From a virus (Duplodnaviria > Caudoviricetes), in the IMG/VR virus record IMGVR_UViG_3300033463_000015: DNA of 64,000 bases. One strand, 5' to 3'. This document shows positions 17,586-26,066 of the stretch, piece after piece. Below the pieces are notes generated by a model. That model saw only the letters and a list, made by a program, of their open reading frames with translations, was not told the DNA's origin and searched no databases. The position numbers and the translations under genes are program-made. Numbering within the stretch: position 1 is the first letter of the stretch; the number at the start of each line of letters is the position of its first letter.

Positions 17586-18212
17586 ATGGAACAAAATAAG
17601 CCACTCGGTTATCTCGGCGGCGATATTATGACTTTTGGTTCTAATTTAGCGCGCCAGTATGAGTATGATAAGTTTAAAGAAGCGGGTATCCCCGGTTCTG
17701 TATATAGTCCTGTAATGAACAAGTCTATTAATGACAAATCTAATATGACAGAAGAAGAAAATAATCATCTAGCAGAAAAGATTTGTGAAGCCGATATTGA
17801 GCGGCTTTGGAATAGCGATTATACCGTGCTTTGTCCAGAACAGTCAGCTATTGGCACAATGTGCGAAATGGGCGTTCTTTATGGATGGAAGTATATGTGC
17901 GAAAAATTACTTGACGTTTTTATAACCGCAATGGATAATGATGAGCCAGATTGGAAAAAAATTTTGAATCAAATGATGAATGAAATCTTACGAATTGATA
18001 GAAAGGCTAATTATGCTCATTATTTTGACATCCGTACAAATCATCTTAATGAGAAAGATTGGCGGCGAAGCTTCTCAATTAATCAAATGCTTTATGGTAT
18101 GATTTTGTATGCCACGCAAGATCATACACTACATAATTCATTTGATGAAATCATTCCTCTCTTAAAAGAACAATATGGAAGTGAGGCGAATGAATCATCC
18201 GGTTCTAATTAA
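17586..18212 (+). CDS. Nucleoside 2-deoxyribosyltransferase-family protein
   Basis: YLGG, YSP, ADIERLWNSD, SAIGTMCEMG motifs. Confidence 0.7.
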   Translation: MEQNKPLGYLGGDIMTFGSNLARQYEYDKFKEAGIPGSVYSPVMNKSINDKSNMTEEENNHLAEKICEADIERLWNSDYTVLCPEQSAIGTMCEMGVLYGWKYMCEKLLDVFITAMDNDEPDWKKILNQMMNEILRIDRKANYAHYFDIRTNHLNEKDWRRSFSINQMLYGMILYATQDHTLHNSFDEIIPLLKEQYGSEANESSGSN

Positions 18213-18726
18213 TCATAATACACACACTTTAATCGCAACAAAAATTGAACCTATATTAGACCAATATGACAAACCTTCACCATATCATATTCGCCAGCTA
18301 ACTTGGAGATATTGGACAAAAGACCAGAAACAGCATTACGATAAAATTGAAATTCAAGTTCTTTCAGACAGAGAAGAATACTTTACATTTGCTCGTAATT
18401 GCCCAGATACCCCTCCTCTTTTGTATGTAAAACAATATAATGAAGAATTTATTGTCACATCTGGCGATTATCAATGTATATCAATTTACAATTTAACTCG
18501 TCGTGAATTTAAAGAATATGTATATCCCAGAGATGACGTATTAATTCATTATAGAGGTTTTTGCCCTAAAGAATATGAATGGAGAGACTTTGATGATACA
18601 TTAACAATTACAGGACAAGTTCCATATGGGCCTATGGAAATTATGCTTATACATCATATAGATTTAAATAATATAACATTTCAAGAAATTGATTGGGATG
18701 ATTATTATGAGGATAAAGGAGAATAA
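18190..18726 (+). CDS. Hypothetical protein
   Basis: ORF with GAGG RBS. Confidence 0.7.
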   Translation: MNHPVLINHNTHTLIATKIEPILDQYDKPSPYHIRQLTWRYWTKDQKQHYDKIEIQVLSDREEYFTFARNCPDTPPLLYVKQYNEEFIVTSGDYQCISIYNLTRREFKEYVYPRDDVLIHYRGFCPKEYEWRDFDDTLTITGQVPYGPMEIMLIHHIDLNNITFQEIDWDDYYEDKGE

Positions 18727-18728
18727 AT

Positions 18729-19997
18729 ATGCTTTATGATATTAATGATAGACTACCCATTCGGCGACTAATTGTTGCCGCATTCCAGCAAGTAATTGCT
18801 TGCTTTGTTGCTACAGTACTAATTCCTTCTATCTGCGGAGTGCCTATTGCTCCAGCAATGGTAGGTGCGGCAATTGGTACTCTTATTTATCAGTTATGCA
18901 CTCGTGGCCAAAGCCCTATGTTTATTAGTTCCTCTGGCGGTTTCGTGGCAGCCGTCATTGGCGCTTTAACACTAGGCACTGCACCTAATTTCACTGCTGT
19001 TCTAATTGGCGGCGTTATTGTATGTCTAATCTACTGTATTGTAGGTTTAGTAATTAATAAGTGCGGAACAGCTTGGATTAATAAGTTGCTACCACCATAC
19101 GTTATTGGTCCTGTCGTTATGGTAATTGGTCTAAACCTTGCTACATTCCTACCAACTTACTTCCAAGTAAATGGTGAATATAGTCTCATTGGTTTTGGAC
19201 TTGGTATGCTAACTTTAGCTGTAACTGCTCTCATTTCACATTATGGAAAAGGTTTTATTAAAAACTTACCATTCCTATTTTCAATTTTTATTGTATATGG
19301 TATTTCTGTAATTCTTACACTATGCGGCATTCCAATTGTCAATTTTGAACCTTTCCATAATTTACAGATTTTCCAGATGCCAGATTTTGCATTCTTCCAT
19401 CTTGATTTTGCTAACTTTGATTGGAGTACAATGCCACAGATTCTCTTACTATTTGCACCACTCTCATTGGTTTGCCTATGTGAGCATATTTCAGACCATA
19501 AGGCACTTAGTGCAGTTATTGGTACTGATCTAACCCAAAATCCCGGTGTTGGCCATACTCTAATTGGTGATGGTATTGCTACCGCTTTTGGTACTCTAAT
19601 TGGCTCTATTCCTAACACTTCTTACGGTGAAAGTGTAGGCACAACTGGCTTTAGTAAGATTTGCTCTAAGTATGTAATTACACTTGCCGCAATTATTATG
19701 GGCGTAGCAGCCTTCTTTGGCCCGCTACAGGCACTACTTGTATCACTACCATCCGCTATTTTTGGTGGTTGCGCGGCTATTTTATATGGCTATATTACCC
19801 TTTCTGGTGTTCGTACTATTAAAGACAATAATCTTGACCTAAACGATAATAAGGTTGTGACAATTATTGCCTCAATTTTAACCATTGGCGTCTCTGGTGT
19901 TGTATGTAATTTTGGCGTAGTAAGTATTGGGACCACAGCACTTGCTATGTTTGTAGGTATCATTTTAAATCTAATTTTAAGAAATAAGGAGCATTAA
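18729..19997 (+). CDS. Uracil/xanthine permease (NCS2, UraA/PyrP-like)
   Basis: Polytopic membrane protein; FQQVIA, SSSGGF, GPVVMVIGL, EHISDH, GDGIAT, PNTSYGES NAT signature. Confidence 0.92.
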   Translation: MLYDINDRLPIRRLIVAAFQQVIACFVATVLIPSICGVPIAPAMVGAAIGTLIYQLCTRGQSPMFISSSGGFVAAVIGALTLGTAPNFTAVLIGGVIVCLIYCIVGLVINKCGTAWINKLLPPYVIGPVVMVIGLNLATFLPTYFQVNGEYSLIGFGLGMLTLAVTALISHYGKGFIKNLPFLFSIFIVYGISVILTLCGIPIVNFEPFHNLQIFQMPDFAFFHLDFANFDWSTMPQILLLFAPLSLVCLCEHISDHKALSAVIGTDLTQNPGVGHTLIGDGIATAFGTLIGSIPNTSYGESVGTTGFSKICSKYVITLAAIIMGVAAFFGPLQALLVSLPSAIFGGCAAILYGYITLSGVRTIKDNNLDLNDNKVVTIIASILTIGVSGVVCNFGVVSIGTTALAMFVGIILNLILRNKEH

Positions 19998-20001
19998 TTT
20001 T

Positions 20002-21315
20002 ATGACAGCATTTCTAGATAAGCATTTTCATATCACTGAACGCGGTTCTACAATTGGCCGCGAAATTATTGGCGGCCTTGTAACCTTTATGGCTATGGCC
20101 TATATTATCTTTGTAAATCCCTCCATTCTAGGCGCAACTGGAATGGATTATACTGCGCTAACATTAGCTACTTGTATTAGTGCCGCAGTAGGCACACTAC
20201 TCACAGCCTTTATGGCTAATGTGCCGTTCGCGCAGGCTCCGGGTCTAGGTATTAATGCGCTATTCACATATACTCTATGTATGAAGATTGGTTATACTTG
20301 GCAGCAGTGCCTAGCTATTACCTTTATTAGTGGTCTAATCTTCCTAGGTATTACTCTATCTCCACTACGTAACAAGATTATTGAGGCAATTCCAGCGCAG
20401 CTCAAGCGCGCAATTAGCGTAGGTATTGGTCTCTTTATTGCTCTAATTGGTTTAATTAATGCAGGTATTGTAACTGCTAATAACAATCTACTTGACCTTG
20501 GCGCAATTACAAGTGGCGCTCCACTATTAGCCCTAATTGGTCTAGCAATTACAGCTATTTTACTTGTATTTAAGATTCGTGGTGCAATTCTATATTCCAT
20601 TATTGCAACTACAGTTATCGGTATTCCTCTTGGCGTCACTAGTACAGCTGTAACTTTCAATTTTGAAAATCTCTCACTCGCACCAACATTCTTCCAACTC
20701 TCATTTACTGGCCTAACCGCCCTAGGCATCTTCCCGCTAATTACATCCATTCTAACTCTATGTATGTGTGACTGCTTTGATACTGTTGGTACTCTTACTG
20801 GATGCGCGGCCGGTTGCGATATGCTAGATGAAGATGGTAATATGAAGAGCAAAGATATGTCTCGCGCCCTAACTGCTGATGCTATTGCTACTTGTACCGG
20901 ATCTCTATTAGGCACTAGCACTGTAACTACATTCGTTGAGAGTTCTACTGGTGTCGCGACCGGCGCTCGTACGGGTCTAGCCTCTATTGTAACAGGTGTT
21001 CTATTTGCGCTAGCTTGCTTATTTGCGCCAATTGCTGGTATTGTACCTTCCGCCGCAACCGCTCCCGCTCTAATTATCGTTGGTATCTTTATGATGAAGA
21101 ATGTAATTCATATTGATTGGAGCGATATGGAAATTGCTATTCCCGCTTTCTTAACAATTACAATGATGCCATTCTCTTATTCAATTAGTGATGGTATTGG
21201 ATTTGGTCTAATTTCTTATGTTCTACTAAAGGTCATTCGCGGCAAGTTTAAGGAAATCCCAATTTTGATGTATTTCTTGGCGGCATTGTTCGTTGTAATG
21301 TATATTGTAGCATAA
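20002..21315 (+). CDS. Adenine/guanine/hypoxanthine permease (AzgA/PbuG-like NCS2)
   Basis: REIIGGLVTFMAMAYIIFVNP, APGLG.NA, DTVGT, FVESSTGV..GARTG, YSISDGIG.G. Confidence 0.92.
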   Translation: MTAFLDKHFHITERGSTIGREIIGGLVTFMAMAYIIFVNPSILGATGMDYTALTLATCISAAVGTLLTAFMANVPFAQAPGLGINALFTYTLCMKIGYTWQQCLAITFISGLIFLGITLSPLRNKIIEAIPAQLKRAISVGIGLFIALIGLINAGIVTANNNLLDLGAITSGAPLLALIGLAITAILLVFKIRGAILYSIIATTVIGIPLGVTSTAVTFNFENLSLAPTFFQLSFTGLTALGIFPLITSILTLCMCDCFDTVGTLTGCAAGCDMLDEDGNMKSKDMSRALTADAIATCTGSLLGTSTVTTFVESSTGVATGARTGLASIVTGVLFALACLFAPIAGIVPSAATAPALIIVGIFMMKNVIHIDWSDMEIAIPAFLTITMMPFSYSISDGIGFGLISYVLLKVIRGKFKEIPILMYFLAALFVVMYIVA

Positions 21316-21320
21316 TTTCA

Positions 21321-21345
21321 AGGAGCCAAAATTTGGCTCCTTTTT
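21321..21345 (+). terminator. Rho-independent terminator
   Basis: AGGAGCCAA-AAT-TTGGCTCCT plus T-run. Confidence 0.75.
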
Positions 21346-21347
21346 AT

Positions 21348-21375
21348 TTGACTTTTTTTAAAATTAGTGTATAAT
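21348..21375 (+). promoter_or_regulatory. sigmaA-type promoter
   Basis: TTGACT-16-TATAAT. Confidence 0.75.
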
Positions 21376-21407
21376 ATAATTGAAGAAAAGGAAAGGAAGT
21401 GCTGAGT

Positions 21408-21782
21408 ATGGGTATGGATATGAATATGTGGCGTGCGCGGCGGGCCGAGGATATCAACGCTTACTACCACGGGGATTTCGGTTTTACCGAATACGATTAC
21501 TACAACGATGGTGATGAGGAAGACACCGCTCCAGTCGTAGAGATCTATTATTCTCGCAAGTTTTGGGATCTCTACAATGCTATGTCTTTTACTCACGATT
21601 ATGAATGCGGTGAATATATTCGTCTTACCAAGGCCGAAGTAAAGGAAATGCTTGACTTTTCTATTGCCAACCCTGACTATTTTGATGACTTTGGAACTGT
21701 TCAGTCTCTTTGCCGCATTTATTATAAGTTTGATGAATGGGAAGCTCGTGGGCTTCACGTATTCTTTGAATGCGATTGGTAA
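21408..21782 (+). CDS. Hypothetical phage protein
   Basis: MGMDMNMW start, YYSRKFWDL, terminal W. Confidence 0.7.
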   Translation: MGMDMNMWRARRAEDINAYYHGDFGFTEYDYYNDGDEEDTAPVVEIYYSRKFWDLYNAMSFTHDYECGEYIRLTKAEVKEMLDFSIANPDYFDDFGTVQSLCRIYYKFDEWEARGLHVFFECDW

Positions 21783-21809
21783 AGAATTTATTATAGATTT
21801 ACTTTAAAT

Positions 21810-21840
21810 ATATTACCTATCTATTATAGATAGGTAATAT
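21810..21840. promoter_or_regulatory. Perfect 14-bp inverted repeat (operator/cruciform candidate)
   Basis: ATATTACCTATCTA-TTA-TAGATAGGTAATAT upstream of the HTH gene. Confidence 0.6.
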
Positions 21841-21866
21841 TGTTTTTACTGGAGGTGTGTGATTGA

Positions 21867-22061
21867 ATGACACAAACACATAATAATGTAAAAGAAATAT
21901 GTGATCACTTTATTGATTGGATGTGGAAAAATGGATATACACAACAAGAAGTCGCAAAAATATTAGAAGTCTCACGCTCACATTTCAATAAAGTTATTAA
22001 TGGAAGAACTAATCCATCTATTTATTTATTAGAAAAAATAGAAAAACTAATGGAGGAGTAA
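21867..22061 (+). CDS. Cro/XRE-type HTH protein
   Basis: YTQQEVAKILEVSRSHFNKVINGRTNPS. Confidence 0.88.
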   Translation: MTQTHNNVKEICDHFIDWMWKNGYTQQEVAKILEVSRSHFNKVINGRTNPSIYLLEKIEKLMEE

Positions 22062-22063
22062 TT

Positions 22064-22237
22064 ATGGCGCTTTATGCTGTATTTAATATGAAAGTAGCAA
22101 ATGAATTAGAAAAGCAAGGATTTAAAGTTGTAAAAATGGATAAAAATCATAAAGATCCACGATATATGGTATATTATTTTGAAGATAGTGTAGAATTTAG
22201 AGAAGCATTACGTCCACTAATTACAAAAAAGAAATAA
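22064..22237 (+). CDS. Small hypothetical protein (DUF5659-like)
   Basis: GGAGG RBS; VANELEKQGF...NHKDPRYMVYYFEDS. Confidence 0.65.
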   Translation: MALYAVFNMKVANELEKQGFKVVKMDKNHKDPRYMVYYFEDSVEFREALRPLITKKK

Positions 22238-22263
22238 CCTAAACATATAAACAAATAAACGAG

Positions 22264-22665
22264 GTGTATAATATGAATTATGCCAACCAATTAAAATTGG
22301 TTTTAACCAATTTAGAACAAATACTTCATAAAGCAGGAAGTAAAAATAGATTTATTCAGCCTATTGATTTCAAATATGAAGCCGCCGCAATGCGTAATCT
22401 CAACGGCAATACTTTTAAGGTATGGAGATATTTACTTCGTTGGTACGGTAAGCCAACACAGTTTTACTATTCTCCTGCGGCAATTCGTAAGGAATTAGGC
22501 TTAGGAGAAAATGGTGCTACTTCTGCGCGAAAAGAATTAGAGTTAAAAGGATATATTCAACCAGTAGATGGCAAACCTAATGTATATACTTTTACTCCAG
22601 TTCTTCCTATTGATTATGAAACATTAAAAAATAAGAATGATTGGGATGAAGGTGAAGACGAATGA
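22264..22665 (+). CDS. Winged-HTH protein, candidate replication initiator
   Basis: AIRKELGLGENGATSARKELELKGYI; lies directly upstream of the iterons. Confidence 0.6.
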   Translation: MYNMNYANQLKLVLTNLEQILHKAGSKNRFIQPIDFKYEAAAMRNLNGNTFKVWRYLLRWYGKPTQFYYSPAAIRKELGLGENGATSARKELELKGYIQPVDGKPNVYTFTPVLPIDYETLKNKNDWDEGEDE

Positions 22666-22667
22666 TG

Positions 22668-22858
22668 CCACGAAAAAAGTGGTATTGATGGACACGAAAA
22701 TCGTGGCAATATTCCACGAAAATCGTGCCATTCATAGGGACAAAAATCGTGGATATGCCACAAAAATCGTGGAACATTCCACGAAAATTGTGTAAGTAAT
22801 ATAAATATAATATAAATATAAATAATAATATAAAATATAAATATCAAATAAAAATATG
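22668..22858. repeat. Candidate replication origin: six quasi-palindromic iterons plus AT-rich unwinding element
   Basis: CCACGAAAATCGTGG-like 15-mers at 22668, 22692, 22714, 22738, 22758 and 22779, followed by ~65 nt of almost pure A/T. Confidence 0.75.
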
Positions 22859-22885
22859 GTTGGCGGCCGCCAACATAATAAAAAT

Positions 22886-22914
22886 TTGACAATTTTCAAA
22901 AACTATGATATAAT
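22886..22914 (+). promoter_or_regulatory. sigmaA-type promoter
   Basis: TTGACA-17-TATAAT with TG. Confidence 0.85.
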
Positions 22915-22936
22915 AGAAGAAAAAGGAGAAATTATT

Positions 22937-23263
22937 ATGTAGATATTAGATAGTTATCCTTCAATGTCTCCATCGTTCTGGTTTATATTATCATTAATTG
23001 GTATTGTTGGCGGTGTAGCTGGAGTAGTTATATTAATGATGGATAATAAAGAAATTCCTGCTGTCATATGCTCAATTATAGTACTTATAAGTATAGTTTG
23101 TTCTGTTATACTTCCAGAAGATGTTCCTAACGGAAAAACAACTTATGTTATACAAGTAGATGATACTATAAACTTTAATGAATTTTATAGACAATATGAT
23201 ATTTTAAGTAAGGAACCATACACAAATATTTATAGAGTTGAGGAGAGAGAAAACAATGATTAA
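22937..23263 (+). CDS. Two-TM membrane protein; TAG at codon 2
   Basis: AAGGAG RBS is spaced for ATG 22937 (ATG TAG ATA...), in frame with 22964. Confidence 0.7.
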
Positions 23264-23540
23264 ACTAATTGGCGCCCGCAATACAGGTAAGACAAAACTA
23301 CTACTTGAGGCCGCGAATAAGGTTCAAGGCACTGTACTTGCGGAAAATAAGGAAGCACTAAAAGTAAAGGCAAATGCTTATGGCTTCTATGATGTGCATA
23401 TTATTAATTATCAAGACCTAATTGACGGTAATTACTATTTCGGCGAACCTTTTTACATCCAGAAGGCAGAATTATTCCTCGATGCTCTATCTAAAGAACA
23501 CGGACTTGACCTTCAAGGAATTACATTTACGGAGGATTAA
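23256..23540 (+). CDS. Small P-loop-containing protein
   Basis: GARNTGKT. Confidence 0.65.
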   Translation: MIKLIGARNTGKTKLLLEAANKVQGTVLAENKEALKVKANAYGFYDVHIINYQDLIDGNYYFGEPFYIQKAELFLDALSKEHGLDLQGITFTED

Positions 23541-23541
23541 A

Positions 23542-23922
23542 ATGAAGAAGTACGATTATTATGATGCTATGTATGGCGATATTGATGATTACATAGCAAC
23601 TAATAGCATTGATCTACATAGCTATGGTGATGATATAGAAGAAGTTGCTGAAAAATTAGAAGAAGAACTATGGGGCGAAGATGTAATAACCGGAAACGGC
23701 GGCTTCGGTTATGATAGTAATTCTAATTGTGAAGAATATTTGTGCCATAATTTAGACATTCTATTTGAAGCAATTTATGATTTTGATTTTGACACTAATT
23801 ATCATCATTTAGATAAAGACAATTTGCCAAAAACACTTGATAGCCTAATTCGTTGCTATCTACTAAATAGCGTATTGTATGCTTATGTAAAAGATAATTG
23901 GAGGGATGATGAAAATGGCTGA
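23542..23922 (+). CDS. Hypothetical phage protein
   Basis: GGAGG RBS; VITGNG...IRCYLL motif. Confidence 0.7.
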   Translation: MKKYDYYDAMYGDIDDYIATNSIDLHSYGDDIEEVAEKLEEELWGEDVITGNGGFGYDSNSNCEEYLCHNLDILFEAIYDFDFDTNYHHLDKDNLPKTLDSLIRCYLLNSVLYAYVKDNWRDDENG

Positions 23923-24094
23923 ATATCCATACATTAAAATTAGTTATACCATTGATATAGATGCTATTGAAAAAGATGTAAAAACGCTTAAAGAAATTCT
24001 AATGCGGCTATCTACTGGACTTAATCAAGAAATTATTCTTATTATGGGCGATGAAGTTATTAGAATTGATGAAAGTAATAAGTCAAGTAATTAA
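23915..24094 (+). CDS. Hypothetical protein
   Basis: Coupled short ORF. Confidence 0.55.
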   Translation: MAEYPYIKISYTIDIDAIEKDVKTLKEILMRLSTGLNQEIILIMGDEVIRIDESNKSSN

Positions 24095-24125
24095 AACTTG
24101 ACTTTTTTCTAACTTATGGTATAAT
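24080..24125 (+). promoter_or_regulatory. Terminator hairpin fused to a sigmaA promoter
   Basis: AAGTCAAGT/ACTTGACTT plus T-run; TATAAT at 24120-24125. Confidence 0.75.
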
Positions 24126-24154
24126 ATTATTATAAGGAAAAGGAGGCTGATAAA

Positions 24155-26014
24155 GTGGCTTACGATATTAACTCAATTGAAAGTCTTACTTTTAAAGAAG
24201 GTGTAAGACAGCGTATTCAGATGTATTTGGGATCAGATGATATTGAAGGCACGTATCAGGCCCTTAAAGAAATCATCAATAATAGTACTGATGAAGCTCT
24301 TGCTGGTTATGGTAAGAAGATTGAAATTACTCTTTATCCAACTACTAATGGTATTCGTGTTCGTGACTATGGCCGTGGAGTTCCATTCGGTATTAGAGAA
24401 AATGGTGAAAATGTACTCGTATCTATTTTTACTAAATCTCATACTGGTGGAAAATTTGACCACGATGCCTATAAGAATGCCTCAGGATTAAATGGTATTG
24501 GCGGAAGTTGTGTATGTCTTTCTTCTTATTATTTTGAAGTTACCAGTTATAGAGATGGGAAAAAAGCAATCGCAACCTTTTCTAAAGGAGAATTAAATAC
24601 CTATAAAGAATCTTCTGCCAAGAATGAAAAATCTGGTACTGATATTTATTTTGTACCAGATTGGGAAGTATTCTCTAATGGTAAAATTGGTTATGACTTT
24701 ACACGCATTTGTAAAGACATCCAAGATATTTCGTATCTCTATCCAGGAATTGAATTTGTAGTTTCTAATGGAAATGATACAAAAACATATTGTGCTAAAA
24801 ACGGTATTGTAGATTTTGTAGCTGAGCAAGTTACAAAACCTCTTCAAAAGCATATTATTACCGGCTCAGCAACTGATGGTACTGACCAAGTAGAAATTGC
24901 TTTTCAATGGGGTAGCCGCCGCGAGATGCCGTATGTCTTCGTAAATGGTCTTCGTTGCCCAGAACTTGGAACTCCAGTAACTGGCGCCCGAAGTGCCATC
25001 ACAAAAACCTTTAATACTCTATCTGGTCAAGATTTTGAAGGCGAATATATTCGTAATAATCTATTTTATGTAATTAATTGTAAAGTAGAAAATCCTTCAT
25101 TTGCTAACCAGACTAAGACAAAGATCAACAATCCATCACTTCGTACTCTTGCGACTACTGCTTTCACTAATGCTCTAAAGGATATGTATGTAAAATATCC
25201 TTCAGAATTTACTACTATTGTAGAAATGCTGAAGAAAGTAGAGAAAGCAGAAGCCGCGGCAGAACGTGCCCGCAATGCAGTTCTTAATCTTGAAAAAAAA
25301 GAAACTGAACAAAAGAAGCAGAAGATTACTTCTTCTGACAAATTCAAAGATTGCGAGAAACACGGCCAAGACTCAATGCTAATTATCTGCGAGGGTAATT
25401 CAGCACTTGGCGGTCTAATGCCTGCACGTGATGTTAATAAGGAAGCGCTTTATGCCGTGCGCGGTAAAGTAAAGAATCTTTTAAAGCATCCGCTTGATGA
25501 ATGTCTTGAGAACCAAGAAATTAGTGACATCATTATGGCGCTTGGTTGCGGCATTCAGGAACGCTACAATGGCCGCAAACTTAATTATGGTAAAGTAGCT
25601 ATCGCAACCGATGGTGACGTTGATGGCTATTCTATTATGTGTCTAATCTCTACAATGTTTTATGTCCTTATGCCAAAGTTTATTCTTGAAAATAGACTTT
25701 GTTGGCTCCGGGCTCCTCTTTATAAGATTGAAAAAGGCAATAGTAAGTTATTTGCTTATAATGATGAAGAGCTTGCGAAAATTAGAAAAGGACGCGAGAA
25801 TTGGGAAATTACGAGGGCCAAAGGCTTGGGCGAGTTGAGCAGCGATGATATGGAGCGTTCGATGCTTCATCCTACTGAACGGCGCCTTGAGGTTCTTTCA
25901 ATTCACGATGTAGAACTAGCGGCTGAAAGTATTCAAATGCTTATGGGTCCGGAAGTTGAAGGTAGAAGACAGTTCTTGTTTGACAATGTTGATTTTAGTA
26001 TAATCAACAGATAA
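24155..26014 (+). CDS. gyrB: Type IIA topoisomerase B subunit (GyrB/ParE-like)
   Basis: EIINNSTDE, DYGRGVP, HTGGKF, GLNGIG, EGNSA, RGKVKN, TDGDVDG, KGLGE. Confidence 0.95.
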   Translation: MAYDINSIESLTFKEGVRQRIQMYLGSDDIEGTYQALKEIINNSTDEALAGYGKKIEITLYPTTNGIRVRDYGRGVPFGIRENGENVLVSIFTKSHTGGKFDHDAYKNASGLNGIGGSCVCLSSYYFEVTSYRDGKKAIATFSKGELNTYKESSAKNEKSGTDIYFVPDWEVFSNGKIGYDFTRICKDIQDISYLYPGIEFVVSNGNDTKTYCAKNGIVDFVAEQVTKPLQKHIITGSATDGTDQVEIAFQWGSRREMPYVFVNGLRCPELGTPVTGARSAITKTFNTLSGQDFEGEYIRNNLFYVINCKVENPSFANQTKTKINNPSLRTLATTAFTNALKDMYVKYPSEFTTIVEMLKKVEKAEAAAERARNAVLNLEKKETEQKKQKITSSDKFKDCEKHGQDSMLIICEGNSALGGLMPARDVNKEALYAVRGKVKNLLKHPLDECLENQEISDIIMALGCGIQERYNGRKLNYGKVAIATDGDVDGYSIMCLISTMFYVLMPKFILENRLCWLRAPLYKIEKGNSKLFAYNDEELAKIRKGRENWEITRAKGLGELSSDDMERSMLHPTERRLEVLSIHDVELAAESIQMLMGPEVEGRRQFLFDNVDFSIINR

Positions 26015-26042
26015 TTGACTTATTTCAAATTTATGATATAAT
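26015..26042 (+). promoter_or_regulatory. sigmaA-type promoter
   Basis: TTGACT-16-TATAAT with TG. Confidence 0.75.
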
Positions 26043-26066
26043 ATATAAAAAGGAGGATGATGAGAA

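Noticed and set aside
22668-22793. CRISPR array
   Set aside because: Repeats are 15 nt with 5-9-nt spacers and no cas genes; this fits iterons instead
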